Shown piece by piece: positions 7,762-16,373 of a stretch of 64,000 nucleotides of DNA. Origin of the DNA: an uncultured Spirochaetota bacterium (GTDB lineage: Bacteria; Spirochaetota; Spirochaetia; SZUA-6; Fen-1364); assembly GCA_963845535.1 (NCBI GenBank), contig CAWJSK010000013.1, positions 160,001 to 224,000 on the forward strand, written 5' to 3'. The notes below the pieces were generated by a model, which did no database searches, was not told where the DNA came from, and saw nothing but the letters and a program-made list of their open reading frames with translations. The stretch's first letter is position 1. The number at the start of each line of letters is the position of its first letter. The translations under genes were made by a program, and so were the position numbers.

Positions 7762-8172
7762 CTATCCGCGCTTCAAGTCATGCAGCGAATCATGCGGCAG
7801 AAGCTGTCCCACGCTCGCGGTGACGTACTCAGCATTCTTGCCGGCAAAATAGACGGGCACGTCGGGAGGACAAAACTCACTCAGGACCTGGCGGCACGCG
7901 CCGCACGGGGATACGGGCACCTCCGATTTCGGGCAACAGACGGCAACGGCGGTGAACTCCCGCTTGCCCTGGGAGACGGCGGCGAACAAGGCGCTCCTCT
8001 CCGCGCAGCATGCCAGCCCGTACGAGCGGTTCTCCACGTTCGCCCCCGTGACCACGGTTCCGTCAGCGCAGAGGAGCGCGGCTCCCACCGGGAAAAGGGA
8101 GTACGGGGAGTACGAGGCGCGCGAAGCCTCACGCGCCTGTGAGACGAGCTCTTCAGGAACATGACTTCTCAT
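7762..8172 (-). CDS. cdd: Cytidine deaminase (homotetrameric type)
   Basis: YSPYSLFPVGAA, GANVEN, CAERSA, SPCGACRQ. Start set at ATG 8172. Confidence 0.93.
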   Translation of the reverse strand: MRSHVPEELVSQAREASRASYSPYSLFPVGAALLCADGTVVTGANVENRSYGLACCAERSALFAAVSQGKREFTAVAVCCPKSEVPVSPCGACRQVLSEFCPPDVPVYFAGKNAEYVTASVGQLLPHDSLHDLKRG

Positions 8173-8200
8173 TGACAAACACCCCCCTGCTGCGTAGGCT
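8172..8200 (+). promoter_or_regulatory. sigma70 promoter overlapping the cdd start codon
   Basis: TTGACA-17 bp-TAGGCT. Confidence 0.6.
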
Positions 8201-8216
8201 TGCCGTGGAATCCGAC

Positions 8217-9305
8217 ATGGGAAAAAGGCGCCCGGCAAGCATTTTCTTCACGGCAGTCCTTCTCATCGTACTGTATTTCGCCCTCTTTCCCTACCCCCTG
8301 GGCAAAGAGCTGGTAGCAAAGCCGGCCTGGGCCGTCGCTGTGGCCGCCGGGTCGTCGAACAACCCGCAGGCTTCACCGGAGGCGCAGGGAGCCGCGGGTG
8401 CCGCCCCGTTCCGCATCGCCGACTCCTTTGGCTACGTGGGCCCGGACGGCACGCTTCTTCACGTCGGGCAGAAGCTCTTTCAGGTGGCGCTCTCAAGCGC
8501 GGGGTACATCAATTACGCCCGCATGGGAACGGATTGGATCATGCGTGATCCGGGGGGGGAGCGAATTGCAAGCTTCTCCGGCAACGGCTACCCCGTGCTG
8601 AACGCGGACGGGAGCAGGGTCCTCATTGTCAACTCGGATCTGACCGGCCTGCAGGAGATCGACAAAAACGGTGACGTCGCATGGAGCAGGGATTTTCCCG
8701 CCATCATCACTTCGCTCTGCCTCCAGGATGATTACCTGCTCGTCGGTCTTCTCAACGGCACCCTCCAGCTCCTGAACAAGAACGGGGCTCCCGTCTACCA
8801 GGCGCCTGCGGGCCAGAGCCGCATCCCTGTCACTTACGGGTGCGCCGTGGCGCCGGACGGCTCATTCATAGCCTCCGTGTCCGGCATCGACCCGCAAGTG
8901 CTGACCGTCATGGGCAGAAACGGCTCTTCCTACGAGCGTTCCCTGCGTGTCACCACGTCCACGGACTACCGCCGGGAAGTCCGCATGGGGTTCTCTCCGG
9001 ACTCCCGCTACCTCTTCTATGAGGGGGGCGACGCTGTGGGGCTCGTGGAGCCCAATGCAGGCCGGCTTTTCGCGGTATCCCTCCGGGGAAGGCTCGCAGG
9101 CTCGGCCTTTCTCGATGACTCACGGGTGGCCGCTTTTGCGGCGCGTGACGGGCAGCGTGTGAACCTGCGGCTGGTCTCCCCCTTCCTTGCCCCGGTCAGC
9201 TTCGAGTCGTTCGCGGCCGCAGACCTGTTCCTTGGCGCCGTGGACGGACAGCTGCTCCTCGGCGTGGACGGCCGGCTTCTTCGCGTGGACGTGGAGGCCC
9301 TGTGA
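8217..9305 (+). CDS. Membrane-anchored beta-propeller (WD40/PQQ-like) protein
   Basis: N-terminal TM helix; blade-like repeats NADGSRV, DKNGDVAW, APDGSFI, SPDSRYL. Confidence 0.65.
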   Translation: MGKRRPASIFFTAVLLIVLYFALFPYPLGKELVAKPAWAVAVAAGSSNNPQASPEAQGAAGAAPFRIADSFGYVGPDGTLLHVGQKLFQVALSSAGYINYARMGTDWIMRDPGGERIASFSGNGYPVLNADGSRVLIVNSDLTGLQEIDKNGDVAWSRDFPAIITSLCLQDDYLLVGLLNGTLQLLNKNGAPVYQAPAGQSRIPVTYGCAVAPDGSFIASVSGIDPQVLTVMGRNGSSYERSLRVTTSTDYRREVRMGFSPDSRYLFYEGGDAVGLVEPNAGRLFAVSLRGRLAGSAFLDDSRVAAFAARDGQRVNLRLVSPFLAPVSFESFAAADLFLGAVDGQLLLGVDGRLLRVDVEAL

Positions 9306-10192
9306 TGAGCCCGCGCGGCGCGCTTCGCGCGGTCCCGGCTCTGCTTGCTCTTCTCCTGGGTGGAGCGCTGCCGGTCAGCGGCCTGGACTGGCCGGTCGAC
9401 CGGAAGGTCATCATCGGGACGTTCGGTGAAGACAAGGGCAGCAACTTCTTCGACGGTCTGGACCTCGGCGGCGGTCAGCAGGAGGTGCATGCCGTCCTTC
9501 CCGGAGAGCTTGTCTTCCGCCACGACGAAGAAGAGGACTACTCCTCCCTTCCCCGCGGGCTGGGCAGCTTTGTCGTGCTCCATCACGAGGGGAAAATAGA
9601 GACGATATCGGGCAACCTGAAAAAAGGCTCCCTCGGCCCGGTGCGCACCGCATATGCGGCTGGTGAAACGGTCGGCTTGAGCGGAGACACCGGATCTTCG
9701 GACGGCGTGCATCTGCATTTCTCCCTCTATGATGAGGAGACGGCCTCCTTCCTGAACCCGCTTTCCTTGCTCCCGCCCGTCGCGGACACCCAGCTCCCCG
9801 TGATCAAAAGGGTCCTCCTTTCCGCCGGGGACACCCTCACTCCGCTCGACAACGGCGCAACCGTCCCGGCGGGGAAGGCGCAAATAATCGCCCAAGCCTA
9901 CGACCTGCGCCAGGACGTGAGGTTCCTCTGGCCGCTCGGCCTTTACGGGATCCGCCTGGAACTGGACGGGAAGGAAGCGACCCGAATGGTGTTCGACTCA
10001 CTCCAGGTGGTGGATGGGCAGCTTGTGCTGGGGGGAACAAAGCTCGGGCACGACACTATCTACACGGCCAACGGCCTGCTTTCCTGCGGGACGGTGGAGC
10101 TGCGCGCCGGCACGAGCCGCCTCATTCTCACCGTGCGTGATTTCGCGGGAAACGAAACCACGAAGGAAATCTCGTTCACAGTCCGAGAATAA
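9305..10192 (+). CDS. Exported M23 peptidase-family protein, degenerate, with C-terminal Ig-like domain
   Basis: Signal peptide, WPV, GLSGDTG, HLHF, NPL, DFAGNE; HxxxD appears as DGLD. Confidence 0.75.
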   Translation: MSPRGALRAVPALLALLLGGALPVSGLDWPVDRKVIIGTFGEDKGSNFFDGLDLGGGQQEVHAVLPGELVFRHDEEEDYSSLPRGLGSFVVLHHEGKIETISGNLKKGSLGPVRTAYAAGETVGLSGDTGSSDGVHLHFSLYDEETASFLNPLSLLPPVADTQLPVIKRVLLSAGDTLTPLDNGATVPAGKAQIIAQAYDLRQDVRFLWPLGLYGIRLELDGKEATRMVFDSLQVVDGQLVLGGTKLGHDTIYTANGLLSCGTVELRAGTSRLILTVRDFAGNETTKEISFTVRE

Positions 10193-10219
10193 AAGGGAAC
10201 GAGACGAATGGAGGCTGCA

Positions 10220-11068
10220 ATGCCCAAGACATATTCCTCCGTGCCCGGCGTGGAGCGTTTCCTGGCCATTTCCTGCCCCCTCTGCGGGGCGGCGGCGCGG
10301 TCTGACTTCCTCTCCTGCGACGGATTCACGTTCGTGCGCTGCTCCCGGTGCGGCGCCGTCTACCAGAACCCATCCCCTGTCTTCGAGGACCTTCGCAAGC
10401 GCTACGGTGAGGGCTATTTCGCGTACGAGCACGAGAACGAGCGCAACTTTTTTCACCTGATGGAGCTCGGGCTGAATGACGTCGACTTCGATGCAAGGTC
10501 AGCGGGACTTCCGGAGCCCCGGACGTTCCTGGATATCGGGTGCGCAACGGGGATGCTCCTGGAATCCATGAAGCGCAAGGGATGGACGGTGAAGGGAGTC
10601 GACATCTGCCGCGAGTCTGCTGAATACGGAAAGCGCACGCGAGGGGTGGACATTTTCCCGGGGACGCTTACGGAGGCGTGCTTCCCTGACAACAGCTTTT
10701 CCGTGATCCATTTCTCCCATCTGATCGAGCACGTCCCCGACCCGCGCGGGTTCCTCCGGGAAGTCCGCAGGATCCTGAAACCGGGAGGGTTTGCCGTCAT
10801 CACCACGCCGAACGTGGATGGTTTCCAGGCGCGCCTCTTCAAGAAGGGCTGGCGGTCCGCAATTGCGGACCATCTGGTGCTTTTTTCCCGACGCACCCTC
10901 GGTAAGGTGATAGACGAATCGGGTTTTCAGACCCTGAGGACCGTCACCTGGGGAGGCCTGGCGGTCGGAACAGCCCCCCTGGTCATCAAAAAGCCGCTCG
11001 ACAAGCTCGCAAAGAGGTTTGGTTTCGGGGACGTTGTGCTTTTCCTGGCGCAGAAAACAGCGGCCTGA
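10220..11068 (+). CDS. Class I SAM-dependent methyltransferase with N-terminal Zn ribbon
   Basis: CPLC...CSRC, LDIGCATG, HLIEHVPDP, LKPGG. GGAGG SD favours ATG 10220 over 10208. Confidence 0.88.
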   Translation: MPKTYSSVPGVERFLAISCPLCGAAARSDFLSCDGFTFVRCSRCGAVYQNPSPVFEDLRKRYGEGYFAYEHENERNFFHLMELGLNDVDFDARSAGLPEPRTFLDIGCATGMLLESMKRKGWTVKGVDICRESAEYGKRTRGVDIFPGTLTEACFPDNSFSVIHFSHLIEHVPDPRGFLREVRRILKPGGFAVITTPNVDGFQARLFKKGWRSAIADHLVLFSRRTLGKVIDESGFQTLRTVTWGGLAVGTAPLVIKKPLDKLAKRFGFGDVVLFLAQKTAA

Positions 11069-11070
11069 GG

Positions 11071-11102
11071 GTGGGACGGCCCCCGCGGCGGGGCCCTCCC
11101 AC
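11071..11102. terminator. Hairpin between convergent genes
   Basis: GTGGGA-C-GGCCCC...GGGGCC-C-TCCCAC; no T-tail. Confidence 0.4.
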
Positions 11103-11114
11103 GGCGCGGCGGGG

Positions 11115-11420
11115 CTATTTCCGGATCGTTACCAGCTTGTCGAACTTGATCATCTGGAATGTCTTGAAAAGAGGGTCGCTGCAGCCGACAATCTGCAGCG
11201 TCCGGCCGCCCTCGGCGAGTTTCTTGCGAAAGAGCAGGATCTTGCCGAGCGCGGATGAGTTGATGGACGGGGTCTGGGAGAAATCCAGAGAGATGGTCAG
11301 GTGGCGCCCGGCGGCAAGCTCTTCCATGCGGGTCTGGAACTCGTTGGTGGCTTCTCCCGACAGCGGGCCCTGAACGGAGAGGACGATTTCCTCCCGTGAC
11401 GTTTCCTTCTGCTGGAACAT
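11115..11420 (-). CDS. STAS-domain anti-sigma factor antagonist
   Basis: LDFSQTPSINSSALG (DSSGLG-like motif), 101 aa. Confidence 0.85.
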   Translation of the reverse strand: MFQQKETSREEIVLSVQGPLSGEATNEFQTRMEELAAGRHLTISLDFSQTPSINSSALGKILLFRKKLAEGGRTLQIVGCSDPLFKTFQMIKFDKLVTIRK

Positions 11421-11421
11421 G

Positions 11422-11700
11422 CTATCCCCTCCCCATCCCCGTACTTTCGAGCTCAGGCCGAGTAACGAGCTCCAGGTGGTACGTGATCTCCTCCGTGTTC
11501 CTCTCCTGCCTCGTGGAAACCTTCCAGACGCGATACACAATCATCTTCGACGTGGGCAGCGGGAGGGGAAGAGGATTTCCATTCAAGTCAACGAGCTGAT
11601 TCACCCGGAGATCGTGCTCGATTTCCCGGTCATCTCCCTCCGGGTAGGAAATCATGATCGTTCGAACCACTGCCGGGATATTATCCTTTTTCGTCATCAT
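11422..11700 (-). CDS. Hypothetical protein
   Basis: Fits tightly between the DUF1820-like and STAS genes; protein-like composition. Confidence 0.65.
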   Translation of the reverse strand: MMTKKDNIPAVVRTIMISYPEGDDREIEHDLRVNQLVDLNGNPLPLPLPTSKMIVYRVWKVSTRQERNTEEITYHLELVTRPELESTGMGRG

Positions 11701-11968
11701 CCGCCAGGCGGAACGGCATCAGCTTCCCCACCGAATCTTCGGGAAGCTCCTCGATCAGGCTGACGGTCTGGAACGGGATCATCAGGTGGTTCGCGCTTCC
11801 GAAGGCGCGCCGGATCTCTTCCTCCGAGGGATTGATCACGAGCTTCTGTTCCGTGGGGAACACGAGGTCCCTGATGGACACGAAGTATGGGTGTGTCAGG
11901 TCGAGGCTCCTGGCCATGAGCTCGACATCCTTTTCCTTCCATTTGAAATGCACGCGGTAAAGTGGCAC
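11681..11968 (-). CDS. DUF1820-like family protein
   Basis: LYRVHF...LVF...VINPSEEEIRRAF...IP...IEE resembles DUF1820 as recalled; GGAG SD before GTG. Confidence 0.65.
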   Translation of the reverse strand: MPLYRVHFKWKEKDVELMARSLDLTHPYFVSIRDLVFPTEQKLVINPSEEEIRRAFGSANHLMIPFQTVSLIEELPEDSVGKLMPFRLADDDEKG

Positions 11969-12029
11969 CTGTTTCTCCCGGCTCAGAATACAGCGCTTTA
12001 TGCGTCGGGGTCAATTTTGTGCCTTCTAC

Positions 12030-12056
12030 TCAACATCCGTTACATAGTTCCGATAA
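12030..12056 (+). promoter_or_regulatory. sigma28 (FliA)-like promoter upstream of mraZ
   Basis: TCAA-15 bp-TCCGATAA. Confidence 0.5.
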
Positions 12057-12095
12057 TTTTTTCCAAAATACATGATTTTTCGTCTCTGACTCCAA

Positions 12096-12123
12096 TTGAC
12101 AACTGGTCCATTGGGGGTATTAT
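12096..12123 (+). promoter_or_regulatory. sigma70 promoter of the dcw cluster
   Basis: TTGACA-16 bp-TATTAT. Confidence 0.65.
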
Positions 12124-12134
12124 CTGCTGCGTGA

Positions 12135-12169
12135 GTGGGAAAAAGTGGGGATATTTAGGAAATTGTGGT
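12135..12169 (+). promoter_or_regulatory. MraZ-binding direct repeats (dcw boxes)
   Basis: GTGGG(12135), GTGGG(12145), TTAGG(12155), GTGGT(12165) at a 10-bp period directly upstream of mraZ. Confidence 0.75.
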
Positions 12170-12179
12170 AGGGGAGGCC

Positions 12180-12620
12180 ATGATTACAGGAGAATTCCGC
12201 TGCTCGCTGGATGAAAAGGGCAGACTGCTCATACCAGCGCGAATAAGAACGGAAGTGCTCGGCAATGTGGTGGTCCTCACCCGGGGTGTGGAAAACTGCC
12301 TCTGGCTCTTTCCCCCGGAAGAATGGAAGACATTTTCTGAAAATCTCGTCGGCCAGACCTCTCTCCTCCAGGCGCAGTCCAGGCTCATCCAGCGCAGGCT
12401 GATCGCCCCAGCGCAGGAAGCTGAAATCGACAAGGCCGGGAGGATTGTCATTCCTCCGACCTTGAGGGAATATGCGGATCTCAGAAAGGAGTGCTTCATC
12501 CTGGGGCTGAAGAAATACATCGAAGTCTGGTCCGAGACGGCCTACCAGTCCTATCTCCAGGAGAACGAAGCGAAGTTCAAGGAAGCAGCCGAGGAGCTTG
12601 GCGGGAGGATCGCCCTGTGA
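12180..12620 (+). CDS. mraZ: Division/cell-wall cluster repressor MraZ
   Basis: LDEKGRLLIP and IDKAGRIVIP repeats. Confidence 0.96.
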   Translation: MITGEFRCSLDEKGRLLIPARIRTEVLGNVVVLTRGVENCLWLFPPEEWKTFSENLVGQTSLLQAQSRLIQRRLIAPAQEAEIDKAGRIVIPPTLREYADLRKECFILGLKKYIEVWSETAYQSYLQENEAKFKEAAEELGGRIAL

Positions 12621-13591
12621 GCATCCACGAGCCGGTCCTGCTCCAGGAGGTCATGACGCTCCTTGTCCCGCCGTCGGGGGCTACGCTCATGATCGACGCC
12701 ACCGTGGGTGAGGGCGGGCATTCAGAGGCTTTCCTGCTGAAATACCCTGATCTCACCGTCATTGGCGTGGACACGGATCCCTCCATTCTGGAGACGGCGC
12801 GCCAGCGGCTCGCGGTCTTTGCGAACCGCGCGAGGCTGATCAACGCATGGTACGGCACGTTTCTGGCTGATTACGATGAAGACCGCCGGGCGGACCTCAT
12901 CCTCATGGACCTGGGCATTTCGCGCTTCCACTATGAGGCGAGCGGCCGCGGCTTCTCATTCGACCGCGATGAATCACTCGACATGCGCCTGAATCCCGGG
13001 CTGCCTTCCACGGCGGCGGATCTCGTGAACTCCCTCGACCAGCGGGAGCTTGCCGAGATCCTGTTCCGCTTCGGGGAGGAAAAGTTCGCACGCCAGATAG
13101 CGTTTCGCATCGTCAGGCAAAGGGAAAAGGACCCCATTACGAGCGCTACCCGCCTTGCCAACATTGTTGCCTCCGCGGTTCCAGCGAAATACCAGCACCA
13201 GAAGATCCACCCTGCAACGAGGACTTTCCAGGCGCTTCGCATTGCCGTGAACCGTGAGCTGGAGCAGTTGGAAGAAGGCCTTGCACAAGCCCTCGCCGTC
13301 CTGAGCCCGGGCGGCAGGATCGGAGTCATTAGCTTCCATTCTCTGGAAGACCGGATCGTGAAGAGATTCTTCCGCGACAAGAGCAGGGAGTGTACATGCC
13401 CTCCGGAATGGCCGATCTGTCAATGTGGGGGCAAAGCGGAGTTGCGCCTGGTCACCGCCAAGCCCGTCACGGCTTCCGGGGAAGAAGTTTCCCGGAACCC
13501 CGCCAGCCGCAGCGCGAAGCTGCGTGTTGCGGAGAAGCCCCTCGGGCTTCGCGCAGTGAAGCCCAAGCAGACACCGGCGGAGGGTGCATGA
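12617..13591 (+). CDS. rsmH: 16S rRNA m4C1402 methyltransferase
   Basis: HEPVLL, DATVGEGGHS, LDMR, HPATRTFQALRIAVN, SFHSLEDRIVK, RSAKLR. GTG overlaps the mraZ stop. Confidence 0.96.
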   Translation: MSIHEPVLLQEVMTLLVPPSGATLMIDATVGEGGHSEAFLLKYPDLTVIGVDTDPSILETARQRLAVFANRARLINAWYGTFLADYDEDRRADLILMDLGISRFHYEASGRGFSFDRDESLDMRLNPGLPSTAADLVNSLDQRELAEILFRFGEEKFARQIAFRIVRQREKDPITSATRLANIVASAVPAKYQHQKIHPATRTFQALRIAVNRELEQLEEGLAQALAVLSPGGRIGVISFHSLEDRIVKRFFRDKSRECTCPPEWPICQCGGKAELRLVTAKPVTASGEEVSRNPASRSAKLRVAEKPLGLRAVKPKQTPAEGA

Positions 13592-13878
13592 AGAGATACG
13601 GCCTTGCGCTCATTTCCCTGATCGTCCCCGGGCTCCTGTGCCTGAACGCATGGCAGGGATACCGATACAACGAGCTCTCCAACGCGGTGGCTGCCCTTGA
13701 GAAGCAGCAGCAGGACCTGTTGGAAGCCAACCGGGACGCCATTGCCCAGATCGCATACGAACAGTCACCGGCCCGCGTGGAAGAAAAGGCTGGCAAGAGC
13801 TTCTCCCTGGTCCCCGTGGACCAATCGCACGTCACGCGCGTCCTGGTTCAGGGCGCCGCGGGGAGGCAAGGGCAGTGA
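13588..13878 (+). CDS. ftsL: Cell division protein FtsL-like
   Basis: TM plus coiled coil plus SPARVEEKA; position immediately after rsmH. Confidence 0.7.
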   Translation: MKRYGLALISLIVPGLLCLNAWQGYRYNELSNAVAALEKQQQDLLEANRDAIAQIAYEQSPARVEEKAGKSFSLVPVDQSHVTRVLVQGAAGRQGQ

Positions 13879-15299
13879 CGGGGACGGGCATCGCGGAAAA
13901 GCTGTTTACAATCGCGGAGATCGTCACGGCAACCGGGGGCAGGATCGTGCGGGCGCCGTCCGAGGCTGCGTCCGTGACGGGGGTCGCAGTCGACTCCCGC
14001 AAAGTGGCGGATGGTTTCCTCTTCGTCGCGCTGCCCGGGGAGAAGACGGACGGGCACGAGTTCCTCGGAGAGGCCGCGGCGGCGGGAGCCGCGGCGTTCC
14101 TCGTTTCGGAAGATCAGGTGGAGCGCAGGAGCAGCCACTGGGTTGGGCTTCCCGCGGGCCGCGGGCCAGGGGTCATTGCCGTCTCCCGCACGCTGTCCGG
14201 GCTGCAAGGCCTTGCGCGCTTCCATATGAGCCGCTTCCCGTCCGTGACGCGCATCGGGATCACCGGTTCGAGCGGAAAAACAACAACCAAGGAAATTATC
14301 GGTGCAATCCTGACGCGGGCGGCTCCAACCGCGGTGAACGAAGGCAACCTGAACTCCGAGATCGGGCTGCCTCTGGCCTGTTTCACCGTGAGCGGCGGCC
14401 ACCGCTTCGCCGTATTGGAGATGGGGATGAACCACCGCGGGGAGATGGACGCGCTTGCCGACATCGTCAGGCCGGACGCTGCCCTCCTCACGAACATCGG
14501 CACGGCCCACGTGGGGCTGCTGGGATCACAGCAAGAGATCGCAAAAGAAAAGAAAAAAATCTTCGCCCATTTCGACGGACGCCAGAATGCCTTCCTTCAC
14601 GAAGAGGAACGGTACCTGGACTTCCTGCGGGAAGGGGTCAAGGGCACGGTCATTCTCTTTGGACCGAGGAGCACGCGGGGATACCGCGGAAGCGAGATCC
14701 AGGGACTGGGTGGAACACTCATCCACTGGGAGGGGTTCCGGATCCGCTTCCCGCTCTTTGGCCCGCACAACCTCGCCAACGCCCTGGGAGCGATCTCAGT
14801 GGCGCGCGAGCTGGGCGTCCCGAACGCGGAGATACGTGACGGCCTGGAGGCTGTCACGCCGCTGTTCGGGCGGTCCCAGATCCTGCGGGGGCCCGTGACG
14901 GTGATCGTGGACTGCTACAACGCCAACCCCGATTCCATGGCGCAGGCGCTGTCGTTTGCTTCCGAGGTGCCGTGGGAGGGCAGGAAAATAGCGGTGCTCG
15001 GCGGAATGCGCGAGCTGGGAGCGGAAACGGTGGAGGCGCACAGGGCGCTGGGGGAGAAGCTTCGCGACTCCCCGCTGGACCTCGTGTACCTTGTCGGCGC
15101 CGAGATGGAGCAGGCATGGAAAGCGCTCGCGGGCTCCCCGGCGGCGGCCCGCGCCAAATGGCACGCTGACCTCGAAGGCCTTGGCGAGGAGCTGGCCGGG
15201 CGTCTGGTTGCCGGCGACCTCGTGCTGCTGAAGGGATCACGGGGCATGGAGCTGGAGAGGCTTCTGCCGTTCATCGCAGGAGGGAAAGCAGGTGCTTAA
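13875..15299 (+). CDS. murF: UDP-MurNAc-tripeptide--D-Ala-D-Ala ligase
   Basis: GITGSSGKTTTKE, NSEIGLP, EMGMNH, DCYNANP, KGSRG. Confidence 0.96.
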   Translation: MTGTGIAEKLFTIAEIVTATGGRIVRAPSEAASVTGVAVDSRKVADGFLFVALPGEKTDGHEFLGEAAAAGAAAFLVSEDQVERRSSHWVGLPAGRGPGVIAVSRTLSGLQGLARFHMSRFPSVTRIGITGSSGKTTTKEIIGAILTRAAPTAVNEGNLNSEIGLPLACFTVSGGHRFAVLEMGMNHRGEMDALADIVRPDAALLTNIGTAHVGLLGSQQEIAKEKKKIFAHFDGRQNAFLHEEERYLDFLREGVKGTVILFGPRSTRGYRGSEIQGLGGTLIHWEGFRIRFPLFGPHNLANALGAISVARELGVPNAEIRDGLEAVTPLFGRSQILRGPVTVIVDCYNANPDSMAQALSFASEVPWEGRKIAVLGGMRELGAETVEAHRALGEKLRDSPLDLVYLVGAEMEQAWKALAGSPAAARAKWHADLEGLGEELAGRLVAGDLVLLKGSRGMELERLLPFIAGGKAGA

Positions 15300-16365
15300 G
15301 TTCCTTTTCGCGCTCCGCGGCCACTTCTCCTTCTTCAACATCTTCCAGTATCTGACTTTCCGCGCCGCCTACGCATCCATCACCGCGCTGCTGATTTCCT
15401 TCCTCTTCGGACCATGGGTCATCGCGAGGCTTCGAGCCATCAAGACGAGCTGGTCCGCGCGGGAGGACACTCCGCAGACGCACAAGGCAAAGGCGGGCAC
15501 TCCGACCATGGGGGGGGTGCTGATCATCCTCTCCTTTGTCGTTTCGATCCTCCTGTGGCAGGACCTGACGAACGTGTACGCGTGGCTGCTGCTCTTTGCG
15601 GCCGTCGGCTTCGGTTCAATCGGGTTTGCCGACGACCTCCTGAAAATGTCCGCGAGGAAGCGCGGGATCAGCGCGCAGGTGAAGTTCGGCGGGCAGTTCG
15701 TGATCTCCGCCATTATCGTGGTGATCCTTTACGTCCAGAGGGGGGAGAGCACGACGCTCCTGTACATCCCGTTCCTCAAGCGCGCGGTGCTCGACCTGTC
15801 CTGGATGTACATCCCGTTCGCGGTGGTCCTGATGGTAGGGTACTCCAACGCGGTGAACCTGACGGACGGGCTGGACGGACTGGCCACCGGCCTCGTCATC
15901 ATGGTGGGTCTCGCGCTTGCCATCCTGTCCTACGTCACGGGCCGACCTGACTTCGCCGCATACCTGCAGATCCCCTACGTGAAAGGCGCCGGCGAGCTGG
16001 CGGTGTTCTGCCTGGCTGTCACGGGGGCTTCCGTCGGCTTCCTCTGGTTCAATGCGCACCCGGCGGACGTCTGGATGGGCGACACGGGAGCACTGTCCCT
16101 GGGCGGCGTGATGGGCGTGGTGGCCCTCATTTTGAAAAAAGAAATCCTCGTCCTCATCCTGGGCGGAGTCTTTGTCCTGGAGACGGCCTCGGTGGCCATC
16201 CAGGTGATCTCCTTCAAGCTCACCGGCCGGCGGGTGTTCAAGATGGCGCCGCTGCATCACCACTTCGAGCTGAGCGGCTGGCCGGAGAGCAAGGTCGTCA
16301 CGAGGCTGTGGATCCTGGGCGGCCTGTTCGCCATCCTCGGCATCTCGACGTTGAAGATACAGTAG
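15292..16365 (+). CDS. mraY: Phospho-MurNAc-pentapeptide transferase
   Basis: KAGTPTMGG, DD, NLTDGLDG, MGDTG, MAPLHHHFE. Confidence 0.97.
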   Translation: MLKFLFALRGHFSFFNIFQYLTFRAAYASITALLISFLFGPWVIARLRAIKTSWSAREDTPQTHKAKAGTPTMGGVLIILSFVVSILLWQDLTNVYAWLLLFAAVGFGSIGFADDLLKMSARKRGISAQVKFGGQFVISAIIVVILYVQRGESTTLLYIPFLKRAVLDLSWMYIPFAVVLMVGYSNAVNLTDGLDGLATGLVIMVGLALAILSYVTGRPDFAAYLQIPYVKGAGELAVFCLAVTGASVGFLWFNAHPADVWMGDTGALSLGGVMGVVALILKKEILVLILGGVFVLETASVAIQVISFKLTGRRVFKMAPLHHHFELSGWPESKVVTRLWILGGLFAILGISTLKIQ

Positions 16366-16373
16366 GAAGGGAA

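Noticed and set aside
11970..12130. AT-rich patch as foreign DNA or a replication origin
   Set aside because: Accounted for by promoters; no DnaA-box cluster or mobility genes seen.
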